Positions 1-12,873 of a stretch of DNA of 64,000 bases are shown piece by piece. The notes beneath the pieces are model-generated. The model was not told where the DNA came from. It saw only the letters and a list, made by a program, of their open reading frames with translations, and did not search any database. The position numbers and the translations under genes were made by a program. Source of the DNA: Blasia pusilla (lineage: Eukaryota). The number at the start of each line of letters is the position of its first letter. The stretch's first letter is position 1. The DNA is taken from NCBI GenBank assembly GCA_050084515.1, contig CM114271.1:15562001-15626000 (forward strand), read 5' to 3'.

Positions 1-479
1 ATTTTGGACACGGACCATCATCTCCAAAGTCTTGACCAATCATCAGGGAAACAACATAGCTGCTACCCACCTGGATGCCTAGTCACTCAACACACTCTGC
101 TCACATGGTTGCATCATTCTTGGTCCTCGCTCAAGTGACATACACTCCTCTTCCTTTGGCTATGGTTCTCTTGAGCTCCAGGGTTCACCATTTAAAACTC
201 TACTAAATATGAAAAAACTCTCCGTCAGAAACCTCAGCAGCATCTTTCACTCCACGCTAGGACCATGTCCACAATAGTTCTAGTGTAGCCAAAGGTCTTG
301 ATGGTAGATTTGAATGAGAGTCACATGTGAGGAGAGTTTTTTCCAGCTTACCAACAGACACTTCCTGTTATTGTCATTTCTTGATCACTCGTTGGTGGTA
401 TGGAAGGGCACCTAAACCTCTACTATGATTCTGTCCAGACCTACTGATGATAAAAGCTTCCAATATCTAGGGCATCAAA

Positions 480-1330
480 CATAACCTTCCCCATCGTAGA
501 TAGAATTTATCGTCCACCCAATGTAATTCACAATTGAGCTTTCATTCTCCTTGAAGTGGATCCTGCTTCAGCACACCTTGTGCCTAGTTTTCAATGCCAT
601 TTTTTAAGTTCCCAGAGCATCCTGATTATAACTTTGAGCCATTTCCAAGGATTCATGCATCTTCAAACATCACAGTCTCAGCCTGTGGGTCTGCGCCGTG
701 TCCTACCAAACTACTGAAGGCTCCTAACAGGACTGTGAAACTGGAGGCAATTAGCTTTCAGACTATTAAGCCTATGTAAGACTTCGAATGCAACCACAAC
801 ATCTCACTGTGGGTGAACAGGTAAACATACCCCATATACAGATCTTTTGAGTTGCATTTAGCTCGAAATTTGATCTGTGTCCTGTGGTCATACTCCAGCC
901 CTACGCTGGTGTATCACACCATGAAGTCTCAAATGAAGAAACCAATACCTTTCATACCTTTGTTGTTGTTGGCCTTTGTCGTACATTTCTTTCCAAACCA
1001 TACATAGTGTGGCAATGGGGGTATCTCCTTTGAGATGGTTTTCCTTGACTCCTGCCCAATGTGATTTTTCAGCAAGCAGCAAGTAACCTCTAGATGCTTC
1101 ATCAGATGAGTTATCCCATAGAAATTCCCTGTTCTCAAATGGAGTCTGGTCACAAGGTGTGGTGAGGGCCAGTGTGTATGCATTATGTGTTGACGTTGCT
1201 TCTCACTACAATCAAGCCTCTTCATATGCAGAAGCTTGATTGGTGAAATCTTGAAGAGCACTAAATGTGTTGGGAGTGTAGGGCACCAGCTGCTTTGTGG
1301 GGTGAGGTCTTGCGTTTGTTCTAGATTCAC
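480..1330 (-). pseudogene. Decayed LINE-type apurinic endonuclease (APE) remnant
   Basis: Minus-strand translation gives GMKGIGFFI, then VLLGAFSSLVG (about 701-733; compare LLGDFNARVG), NGSKL and SSIVNYI (compare SxIDY). Stops and frameshifts are present and the boundaries are approximate. Confidence 0.4.
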
Positions 1331-4235
1331 CCTTAATGATCATAGTCCTCCAACTGTAGGCTTCTCTCAAGTCCAGAGACACATGAACTTTGATGCAAGT
1401 AATGTATTAGCCTCCGCTGCCCTTCATGGTTGTCTGAAAGACTCATTCACTACAATACATTATCCAAATAATCTCAGTAGTAGCCAGAGATTCGAAGCCC
1501 AAAGCTGTGCACATCATCTTGAATGACACAAAATCCACTGATGGACAACACACCAAGCATGATCATGAGCACCTGCAGTCTCCTCCCATTGACTGAACCT
1601 CTGTATCCAGCCTGGGATTGAGGCGCCTTGAGACATTGGATGTACACATGTAGGTACTCCCCACCCAGATTTGGGGTTGTTGAGCTTCTGCAAACCCCTT
1701 CGATAGGTGAACATATACTCCATGCTACCTTGGGAAGGCCTTGATAGGTTGGGCTTTGGCCGCTGGTTACGTGTACAGTTTTAGCGAAGACCTTATTTAG
1801 GATCTAGGAAGAATGTTTGAGATTCCAGTCTGAGAGTCCAGACATTGGCAGACTATCCTCTTTGTAGGAAGGAGGCGGAGAGTAAGTCCTTATTATCCTC
1901 GTGTAGAGCTTACCAAAGTTGCAGCATCAGTACAATTATTGCCACGATCATTTTCTTCAAGTTGTTCTTCCTGCATAGACACCCAGCAGTTAACTATCGT
2001 TTCAGAAACTTCAAAACTCCGTTCGTATTGACTTTCCAGGAGACTGAGAAGAACATGATGCCGGTGCTTTAACACATCATATCACACACAGGGTGTAGAG
2101 CACAGCACTCCTACCGAATGGAGAATGGAGTCAAGAAAATGTTCAGACAGAAGAGTGGGATATCAGGCCTTTCACCATATTAACATGGTGGCAACTCCTT
2201 GGGTCAAATCTTGAGGTAAACTAGTAGTCAGAACCACAAAAATAAATTTGAGTTTTGAAGAAATAGCCTACTCCGTGGTCATCCACATGAAGATGATGTA
2301 GGGGCACATCCTCTAATGTCAGGTATCCTTGAGCCTGCAAGGTAATTGCACTCCTCATTAATTCTGGTACACCCGCCACAAATCCTGCTACTCCTGGAAT
2401 CAATATACAATTAGCATAGTTCCTCTTGCTTGATTATAAAAATTCTAATAAGGTTCAAGAGAGATCGTTTACATTACTTCTCGAAAAGCATACAAAACTG
2501 GGATCTTTGTAAAAATCTCCGTCAAGAGTTTGAGCAAGAATTTCGAATAATACACATATAAATGATGCTTGGATGAAGGGGAGAGACCGAAATGTACCGT
2601 AGAATCAGTGCACGTCTGCCAGTTCCACTGGTAGCTACTAATATCCCGCGAGTTCCACACACGTAAAAACTCCATCGAAGCCGATTGAAATTCCGCTCCT
2701 GAGAGCGTTCCGTCCCGCATTGTCCTCTTGCCTCTGCCAGCAGGAAGATTGTACACCGTCATAAACCCCGTAGCTAGTCCGTCTGGATAAAGTCTGAAGT
2801 GTACTGCAAGGTTTAAATTATTCTCGGCCCTTCTATCATATCCCCCCGTTGCTGTAGTTCCTTTCCAATGTTCTAGAATTGAACCTGGACAGATCAGGAA
2901 TCTCTTAATGTCTGCCTGATCTTTCAGTAATGAGAGATGTAGGATCTTTCGTTTGTCAATAGGGAAGCAAGATGTTCACAAGTGGAAGAAAATGACAAAA
3001 TGTTGAAGAACGAATGGTTCAAGCGATTGCTCCTGATGCCAGATGACCTATAAGTATTGACGCTCAACTCCGTAGAGTGCAGCTCGTAGGCCATTTCTCA
3101 AGAATTTAGGGAGTGAAGGCAATCGGCAACCAGACATGCGTTTCGACTTTTCAATGATCACCTGCCATATTCCCAATTTCCCAAGTTTTGCACTCACATA
3201 CTTCAAACCAACTTACATACGGATAGAGATATTACAGGATCGTCGTCAATCCCGACCAGTTGAAATGATTTTTTTTCTAATTTAAAATTATTTACCTTTC
3301 CATGATTGAAATATAAAATTTTTTTAAATAAAAATTTTCAATTAAAATTTAAATAATGCTCAACTTCCTTAAATGCTTTCAAATTTATAAAATATTTTAA
3401 AGATAAATATCTATTGTATATTTTCCAAAAACTGAATTATTAGTTGATTTTAATTAAATTTTTTCCAAAATTATGGAATATAAATTAACATGATTGTTTA
3501 AAGAAATCATATTTCATTTCAATATTTAATAGAAATTTTATTTTCTTAATAAAATTCTAGTCTTCTAAGGAATTCTAATACTCAATTAAAATTTGCATGA
3601 TATCCCATTCTCTTAAATAATTTCATCTTTCCATAAAATTTAGACTATACTAATTTTTTCTCATTAATTAATAATTAAGGGATAAAATTTTAATTTTTTT
3701 CTATATTTATCACACTATTTTGTGTTATTATATACAAAGGATTACCAATTCTAATATTAATTAATTTATTAATTAATAAAAAAATCCTCTTTAACTCAAA
3801 TTCAATTTCTCTATCCATCTAATTTGAATGGAGTGGCAAAATTTAAGCATGTTGCTACTTTATTTAAAGATTAATTCAAGGTTCATGCCAACAAAATTAT
3901 GACAAAAATTAATTGAAAGTTTTGCTTTGAAGTTAATTTCATTTTTGGGAAAAAATGAAAAGGATAATAGGACACTAATGGAACTAGAATCATTCTCCAA
4001 AATAAATTTAAACAATGGATGACATGTTATTTCTATATTATCTTTAATTTTCAAGTTAGTTTGGAAGAAAAACTTAATCCCTCTTCTAGAAAAAAATTCA
4101 TCAAAAGAGAATGATTTTCTTTAACTTATTGAAAGATGGGGAGGATTGGAAAAGGGATAAATTATTTTTTCCAAAATAATAAAGGAAAAGATATGAACAA
4201 TTTTCTTGAGCCAAGTTAGATGTATTATAAAATAA

Positions 4236-4380
4236 TCTATCTTTCTTATTTTTTTATCTTTTTTAAAATTAAAATTTATTCATCGTGTGCCCATTAATTT
4301 GACGTTATCATCCTCCATATGTTAGTCTTTTCATTCCCAATCATCTCACCCGGTCCATTGCACGTGCAAAAAATTACTAG
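4236..4380 (+). mobile_element. Short non-autonomous Helitron-like element
   Basis: 5' A|TCTATC; 3' degenerate hairpin CCCGGTCCATTGCACGTG followed by CTAG|T. Confidence 0.35.
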
Positions 4381-6057
4381 TATAGATAAAGGAGGTTTTT
4401 CCTCAAAAATGAAATCAAACTTTTTCTTAATTTTCTCTTCTTATAGTATAAACATTTATTTTTTCCTCTCCATGTTCGTAGTAAAACGATGAAGTTATAA
4501 GAGAATCCGAACTTTAGAACCCTAACTTCTACCAAACAACAAAAGGGCAACTTGGAAGCTCAATATAAGTTTTTCAATATGATTGAGATTATTTTGATGT
4601 ATGGAGAAGACACATGCTAGAATTCAAAAGCAATATTTTACACTCTTTCAAAGTCAATTGTAGTATAGAACATTATATAATATGCTTTTAGGAGGGTGCT
4701 TTCTATTTGAAAGATAGCGAGTTTTTTGCAAGGATGCAAGTGGGGCATGAATGGAGACTCTTCGTCCAATTTGCAAACCATAGGTATAGGTGTCTTGACA
4801 TAGACAATCATTACGTTTGCTTGCAAGAGAAGTTGGAGTGTGATGGATTCATTCATAAGTTCATAACCAACATGGAAATAGACATAAAGGTTCCACGATG
4901 AAGAATCATTTTGTTTATGTTTATTAGAATGATCGCATGAATAATCAAGCTTCTAAGTTCCACACTTGATGCATGCAAGACTTGCACAAGTGCTATAGAT
5001 GAAGAGGCCAAAAACACACTTACCCAAGCATCATGGTGAGAAGTTACTGAATGGGACAAAAAGTTAGAAGACGTTTGCCTTGTTGGATGGATTAACTTAC
5101 TTAAAGAAGAAGTAGTTGGAACCATAATCACAAAATAAGAAAGGAAAAGAAGAATTGAGTTTGACAATGACTTATAAGATGGTGATTTTGAGGATAAGAA
5201 GCCTCCTCCTACTAAGATTTCAAACTTGGCCATTTGGAAGGTCTCCAAAGGTGACATCAAGAATTTCGAGGCATTGGAAATTTGGCACATCATTGGAGCA
5301 TTCTAATGAAGTTTCTAATGGTAGCGATATCTTGGGTATAGAATTATGGAAGGATGACCATCTCATTAATTTGGCCAAAGAGGAGCAACATACCTAAGAA
5401 AAAACAAGTGATTGGATTGAGGAGACAAATAAAGCAAGTGGAGCATTAGAACAATCTAAAATAAACAAGGAAATCTAGAAAACCCTTTGCAATCATTAAA
5501 TAGCATAGAAGATATTTTGGATTAAAGAGTTTCAAATTGTACTAGGGAACAATTGCCTTGTAAAGTTGCGAATAAAGGGGTGATGTATAAATTTGAATAA
5601 AAAATTCCATGAGATCATAAGAACGGCATAAAGCTAGATGAACTAGAAACTCAAATTGATTGTTGAAGAGAAAAAGTAGGATTCCATCCCAAAATAAAGA
5701 AATCAAAAAGAAAATGTTTCAAGCCTTTAAGGCCCTTCAAGTATTATATGCCTACATAATAATCTGAATGTTCTTTCCAACTTTTTCTATTTGGTCATAA
5801 ATCTTTAAAGGGTTATTTTAAAATTTTTTCCCATGCCTTATGGGTCCTCGAGATACAATGCTCGATTTTGTCGGTCCAATTCCAAAATCCTAATCTTAAT
5901 TTTAATTAAAGTGGTTGGTAAAAATATTCACCATGAATCACGTTGACCTTGAACTTCATCTTCCTTCAAACTTTGGAGCAAGGTTTTACAAGGTTAGAGG
6001 GACCAAGATACCAATGCAAATTTTCCCACTAATTTATTTTCTTGGTTTAGATAGTGA

Positions 6058-6150
6058 CCGTCAATGGTCCGCCATCAACGGTCAACCGTCATCATCAACG
6101 GTCAACCGTCACCATCAACGGTCAAAGGTCATCGTCAACCGTCCACGGTC
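6058..6150 (+). repeat. ~20-bp tandem repeat (CCGTCACCATCAACGGTCAA) in the retroelement 5' leader
   Basis: About 4 imperfect copies; the homologous array in copy 3 is at about 62565-62655. Confidence 0.8.
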
Positions 6151-7177
6151 CGTTGTCCACCCTTTGGTTGCCATTTCCGCCATTACGGAGTGGAGGGTTT
6201 TCCACGATGTTCGTTGATTCTCTGACTTGCGTCGCCACCACGTACTTTGTTTTGGCTGCCATCGTCATCGCAATTTCATCATCAACCAGTGATGGCAGAT
6301 GACCTCCGGTTATGGTGTTTGAGTTTTTGATTTCATGCTGCTATGTTGTGATTGATAGCCGATCGATGACGATCGAGTACCATGCTGTGACGCCCGTAGC
6401 CGTAGCGCGCCGCCGATTGCTGCGCCATGCCGCACGGCACCGTCTCGATCGCGGAACTGCTCCTTCACTAAGGAGCAGAGCGTATGAATTGCTAATTGAG
6501 GAGGATATGCCGCCGAGTGCCGCACCCCATTCCCGAGTGCCGTATTGTTTGTAGCCGTTCTGTGCCGCCAGTGCCGCACCGGACCGCTCGACTTGCACCG
6601 CACATCGAGGAGGTTGAGCAACGTCAGTACAAGAGGAGTACGACTTGCTGATTGGAGGAGTTCTCTTCATGATTGAGTTGGGGTCAAGATTTGCAGTTTC
6701 CGAGGAGCGACATCGACATTATTGTCAGGTTACCCATTCTGGTCTCTTACCCTGCACGTGTGAGGGATTTCCGAATATTGGGAAGTTATTTGGGATATTG
6801 GGTTTCGTGTTGATGCTAGGAGCATTGATAATGTATGGGTTTAGGGGACATAGAGCTATGTGGGATGTCCAGAGTTGAGGATGGTTTGTCGATGAGACGA
6901 TAGATGAGTGATTTGCTGCACCACGCTGCTTGTTACCGCACAACACACATCTCAGTGAGAGAGTGTAGGTTGAATGCCGTATGTTTAGTTTAAGTGATTG
7001 AGGGATTACTTGCAAGATTGAGAGTGATCGTGTGAGAAGGGCATGAGGGCCATCATGGCGTCCTTTCAGGATTTTGAGAGACGAGGTAGTGGACCTGAGA
7101 GTAGCTTTGGAGGGTTTACCTAGAGTGGTGCAAGGTTTCGAGGGTCTCTACGTGAGAGACCACCTCAATCTCCTTAT

Positions 7178-8327
7178 GTGTTGTCTTCAGACAAGGGGGA
7201 GCGTATAGAGGAGTGTGTTAGTGATCCACCGTACACATTGAGTGGTCCTACCACTTGGGCGTACGAGATGGACGACCAGGGTAGAGGACGGCGTAGGTTT
7301 TCGGGTGCTGTAGGCACTATAGAGCTATACGACTTCATTGCGGAGTTTAGGAGTTGGTTTGACTCAAAACGGGCTTGTAACTCTAGAGAGTTCTACCCGT
7401 TTACAACATGGAACGGTATGTTCCAGCATTTAGAGGGGGCGTCCATGGACGATTACCATGAGTTCTCCAACAGATATGCCCAAGAGATTGAGGCATGGCG
7501 ACTCTACTATGACCCACACTATGTGTCATGGACGTTCCCAGATGAGGAGGAGGAGTCAGGAGAGGCTACTTCCTCTTTCATTAGTGATGTTTTAGGAGGG
7601 TTCACTCGTACTAGAGCAATTGCATCGTTTAGTCGGGTTCGTCCGAGGTTCAACCCTGTGGTTGAGTTCTTTACTGAGTTGAGGGTGAGCTACCAAAGAA
7701 GTTGGAACAAAGAAGTTGTGGAGCATCCACAATTTCCAAAGGCGCCCGGGTGAGAGTTTGCATGAGGCTTACACTTGCTTGCGTTGGTTGATCAACGTCA
7801 CTCAGGGGGTGACAGAGGCTCAGGCTATCCAGTCATGGTACACGATGCTGGACTGGACCCTGCGGACACGGGTACGGGAGGGGGTGCTTCTTATGAATAC
7901 CTTCCCTATGTTGAGAGATGCTTTTAGGACGGCCAAGAACATTGAGCGCAACATGGCGGAGGAGAGCGTAGCCACCATGGGTTCTGGGCGATAGCACTCC
8001 CGATTGTTTGCACCACCTGTACAACAACGTGGACTCTGAGATAGGTCGACTGTGGCATCACGAGCTCAAGGAGGATATTAGGAGGTCGTGCCACAGAGAT
8101 CTGCACCTTCATATGCGGCTCAACAACAGCCGCCTACTATTCCTTGTTGGTCATGTGGTGGAGCCCATCATCAGCGCGATTGCACTCGTCAGGGTCACGG
8201 ACGTGTGCCTCAGCATGGAGGAGGAGATGGTGCCGCACCAGGAGGTTATGAGTGTGAATATTGTCAGAGGTATGGTCATACACGCGCCAGGTGTTTCAGT
8301 TTACATCCCGAGTTACGTCCGGACTGA
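7178..8327 (+). pseudogene. Gag (capsid-like region plus two zinc knuckles), frameshifted
   Basis: ORF pieces 7178-7753, 7716-7994 (QRRPGESLHEAY, MHR-like) and 8088-8327 with CWSCGGAHHQRDC and canonical CX2CX4HX4C CEYCQRYGHTRARC. Confidence 0.85.
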
Positions 8328-9149
8328 GGGCTAGAGAGGGCACAGAGCAAGTAGCCGGTCTAGGTGGGCCTATAGATCATGCACAAGGTGGTTCCGTTGG
8401 GGGACGAGGAGCTGGAGATGCCCATGGAGGAGGTAGAGTACCACCACCTAGATGCGGCAAGGGAGATGCCGGACGTGAGGTTGGGATGGCTGCTCAGGTA
8501 CAGCGGCTACAAGAGCAAATTGTTGCTATGGCATTGAGGTTACCCGATGCCAGATCCGTGGTATCGACATCATATGGAGCAGCCAGAGATATGGAGGATC
8601 CTGGTGGGATGTGCGGGGTTGCCCAGATGGAGGTCGTCGCGGTTGTGACGCGTGGAGCAGCCGCAGAGTTGGATCCACAGCGAGGGGAAGCCAGAAAACA
8701 GACTAGGCTTCCTCAATCTTTCACGTTGTCTGAAGCGATGAGGACCCCATCGATGGGTCCTCATCAAAGTTCCTGGAGAGTTGGTGATGTTGTTGGTGTG
8801 CACGCACGGAAGGCGATGGGAGAAGTGAGTGCGACGACTCCTATTGTTGATGCTCAAGAGGGGCATGTGTCGAGCACGTTGCTGGGGGCGGCCACCATTG
8901 TGTACCGCACTTCTTTATTTTCTGCTTCCGATGTTATGACATTGGGGGATACGCTCGCCGAGGCTTTTCGGCTGGTCGCTTTACTATGTGAGTGCGGAGT
9001 TGGAGTTCTTGCATCACGTTTAGAGGTGATTGCAGAGGAGGTGATGGACCTGCCCTTGGAGCAGATGCTCGGGCCGTCCACTTCAGATTCATGGCACGCT
9101 GCGGCTGCAAGGATGGCGGAGATGCCCGCTAGACCCGCGATAGAGCGTG

Positions 9150-9604
9150 CCATGGCTTCTCTTGGTGTTGTGTTGCTAGATAATCGAGGAGAGGTCTTCC
9201 ACTTGGTGAGTCCTGGAGGTAGAGCTTTTAGTCCGCAACGCATCTTGTTGGATTTAGGAGCGCAACCCCTGATGTTGGGGAAAGTGTCATTCAGAGGAAT
9301 GGGCTTGACGAGAGCCGATGTGGAGCGTTGTCCATTCCGGATACAGATATCCTTGGGTGGAGCGAGCATCACACAATATATCATCCGATAAGAGGTCATG
9401 GTGAGGATTCGCCCGGGACATCCTACAGATGAGTCCGTGGTGCGAGCCAAGGCGATAGTGACTGATACAGAGTCCTACCACGTCTTGGTTGGTGGAGCAG
9501 TGTTATACCCGATGGGGTTTTTCCTGGATTACTGGGAGGAGTCAGCATCCTACAGACCAGGATGGCAGTCACGTAATGGGCGCCTTAGCTCATTACCCAT
9601 TTGA
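9150..9604 (+). pseudogene. Retropepsin-like aspartic protease
   Basis: RILLDLGAQPL (Asp codon 9251-9253; copy 2 has ILLDPGGQPL) and downstream YHVLVGGAVL. Position between Gag and RT fits. Confidence 0.7.
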
Positions 9605-9961
9605 TTCATAGTTGCAGTGATCGCGCGACGGCCAGGAGAGGTGGCAACCTTAACAACATTTAGTAGTGCCATCATTTGGCCTAGTGATTTGATTTAGGGA
9701 CATGTCCATGTAGAGGATACTCCCGTTCCTGACATTTCTATGCAGAGGAGTATTATGGTAGCCGCATCATTCCGTGGAGGAGAGGTGCCGCTGTGGGGCT
9801 CGACTGAGGAGCTTCGACGATTGGCAGATGAACACATGTAGACCGCGTGGAGCGAGGAATTTGCATCGGAGTGTGACGGGTCTAAGGAACCCGAGGTAGC
9901 AGGGAGTGCTACGATGACACCCTTGGATACCACACCCATTTTGTGGCGTATTGTGGAGGAG

Positions 9962-10890
9962 GATATTCAAGTATTAGATCTCCTTGGAGGGATTAGCATC
10001 GGGTAAGCTTCTGTTTTGCAAGCACGAGTGCAGCAGGTGCTGTAAGTGGAGAGTGATGATGTTGCAAGGCGCGTCTCACTACGACATGTCGTGCAGTTAT
10101 GCCTACGTTTTCCCAACTTGTTGTCTACGTCCGCGATACAGGGGTACCAGAGTTCCCTAGCGAGAGATATTTCGTTGTTAGGGGCAGAGGACTTGGAGCG
10201 GGTAGGGACCATTGATTAGGTCATTGCAGGTTGGCCATGTCAGGGTCAATCGAGTGCTGGACGAGGCATCGGGTTGGTTGACACTCAATATTTTGGGAGA
10301 TGCTGAGGGTCTTGAGATATTTGCAGGAGCATCAGTCTCGTTCTCCGGCTTACATTGTGGAGAATGTACCGATCTTGGGCGATTCAAGGTCATGGGTAGT
10401 GATGAGTGCACATCAGGTGCGTGCCTAAATTGGCCCAATATTAGTTTTGGATGCGGCGAGTGTGGACATCGCCCGGGTCTATGATGGACCAACATGATAC
10501 CACACGAGGTGTTGCGGAGGGCGTATGCAAGAGTGGAGCGCCCCTCCCACTTGTTAGTGGATTCCATTATGGATCCGGGTCATGGATCACAAGCAATGAG
10601 GCATGATGATCGACCGCCGTTGATTGTGGTCAATAGGGTAGGCCGGCCGCGGGCAACCTTTCCCACGTTTGTGAGTTTTCCTGCTTCCTATGCAGACAAG
10701 GAGGCCAATCCTGGCTTGGTTTGGGATGACCAAGTTCAAAGGTTGGTAGAGCCCAATGCCAATAAGAGAGAGCGGGCGATGGGATTTCCCACAGGAGTGA
10801 CGGCAGTACCGTCAGTGCCAGAGGCATCACGACGCCATGTCTTCGGTTAGGCGATGGACCTGAACTGCTTGACATGGATCTTCAGCTTGG
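9962..10890 (+). pseudogene. C5 cytosine DNA methyltransferase domain within retrotransposon pol (copy 1)
   Basis: Motif I VLDLLGGISIG (9971-10003); motif II VESD; motif IV VIAGWPCQGQSSAG (PCQ 10235-10243); motif VI YIVENVP (ENV 10360-10368); motif VIII LDAASV..HRPGL*WTN; motif IX RERAMGFPTG; motif X SRRHVFG*AMD. Motifs are in linear order, with stops and frameshifts. Confidence 0.92.
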
Positions 10891-11231
10891 GAGTGGCTGA
10901 GCAACATCGGATGAGATCACAACAGATCACAGCGGTTGTGTTGGTGAGCCCCATGCCTACCGAGACAATGGAGGCAGTGGCTGGGGGCGAGACCCGAGGA
11001 GATGGACACACCAGGGGAGATCGAGAGAGACACCCTTTGACTTCTTGGGATGTTTTGCAGGTACGCCAGGAGATGATAGCCACAACATCGAGCATGGTTC
11101 CAGGCACTGCATGTGGAGGAGATCAGAGTTTGAAGTTGGTTGCAGGAGAGCGGCCAAGTGTTGGTGTTTGAGACGGGATTGCACCATAGCAACCATCGAT
11201 ACCCGCCCCGGAGAGTCCTATCGTAGTCACG

Positions 11232-12660
11232 ATGGAGACTTGGGAGCCAGATATGGGCCCTAAGTTGACAGGAGAAGAGCGGCGCTGGATACATCAGTTC
11301 CTTAGGAGTTATAGGAGCTGCTTTGCGTTTAGCATGGAGGATTTGGATATTCTGAAGGGACTAGGGATCCGCATTGAGTTGTCGAGTGATACACCAATCT
11401 TCCGACGATCCTACACGTACAGTGATATGGAGAGGGCTTTGATTCAAAGTAGGACCCAGGACTTGGTTGGAGCAAGACTAGTGGAGATGTCGCATGGGGA
11501 GTATGCATCTGCCACTATCATGCTTGCCAAGAAGGATTTGCATGGCAACTCGACGGATAGGCGGATGTGTGGGGATTACCGGCCTGTCAATCGGCAGACA
11601 AAGTACGATAGGTATGCCATGCCCACTCTTGAGGAGATCTTTGATACAATTGATCACACAAAGATATTTAGTTCATTGGATTTGCGAGCCGGATACCATC
11701 AACTGCCTATCATATTGGAGGATAGGCAAAAGACGGCATTTTGGGGCATCGATCCTCATGGGAAGGATTATTTGTACCAGTGGCGGTTCTTACCATTTAG
11801 GTTAAAGAACGCCTCGGCTGAGTTTTAGAGGGTCATGGATAGGATCTTGGCAGGTCTGGATTTTGCTAGATGTTATATTGATGACATTGTTGTATTTAGT
11901 GCCACGGTTGAAGAGCATGAGCAACATCTAGAGGAGGTGTTCCGAAGATTGTAGTTACATGGGTTGAAGTCACATCCAGGCAAGTGTAAGTTCTTCTACG
12001 ACTAGATTGAGTACTTGGGTCATACGATGTACCTAGATGATCTTGTTGTTTAGTAGACGAAGGTAGAGGCTATTTCACGCATTCCACGCCCTATAGATGT
12101 GAGCTTTGTTCGTGCATTCATGGGATTGGCGAACTTCTATCGGCGGTACGTCAAGGGATTTAGTTTGATTGCGAAGCCACTGACCTTGCTGACCAAGGTG
12201 GATCATGAGTGGCATTGGGAGGATGAGCAAGAGCGAGCATTTCAGCTGCTCAAGGATAGATTGACGTCCGCGCCCATCTTGAGAAGACTGATCAGGGGGC
12301 ATCCTTTCTAGTTGCACACAGATTGGAGCATATTGGGGCTTGGAACGGTGCCCATCCAACATGATGATGAGGGTAGAGAGTTCGTGGTGGCTTACGCTAG
12401 CCGTTCAAACAACATTGCAGAGGCAAAGTACAGCTTGTATGAGGGTGAATGCTTGGCTACGGTATGGGCTGTCGCACATTTCAGGTGTTATTTATTCGGA
12501 AATCCACTGATCATCAACCACTAAAGTGGTTGATGAAGTCTGACAAGCTTACAAGGAAGCTTGCGAGATGGGCTCTGTTGTTGCAAGAGTACGATTTTCA
12601 AGTGGTACATAGACCTGGGACGCTCAACCAGGATGCAGATGGGCTAAGTCGTAACCCATG
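11232..12660 (+). pseudogene. Ty3/Gypsy reverse transcriptase plus RNase H
   Basis: RMCGDYRPVN, FSSLDLRAGYHQ, KTAF, LPFRLKNA, YIDD (11874-11885); RNase H HTDWS..GLG, VAYASR, EGECLA, TDHQPL. Confidence 0.95.
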
Positions 12661-12873
12661 CCCGAGTCAGCAAGATGTGATTGGAGCTCGATGGCATGGA
12701 GAGAATGATGAGGAGTCAGAGCTAGGATGGCACGCGTCAGCCTATTTAGGCTTGTTGGCTATGGAGAGCCAGAGTGTGGAGACTTTGATAGCGAGGTCTA
12801 ATTGAGAGTCCTTGGATCCTGAGGCCAGTAAAGAGACGACATCTGGCGAGATATTCACAACGATGAAGTAGTC

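Noticed and set aside
4480-5750. Possible decayed retrotransposon gag-like region
   Set aside because: Coding-like composition but no diagnostic motif could be read.
6310-6670. Antisense ORFs in the retroelement leader, echoed at 62878-63230 and 38228-38692
   Set aside because: Frames are not conserved between copies; the similarity just reflects nucleotide homology in GC-rich DNA.
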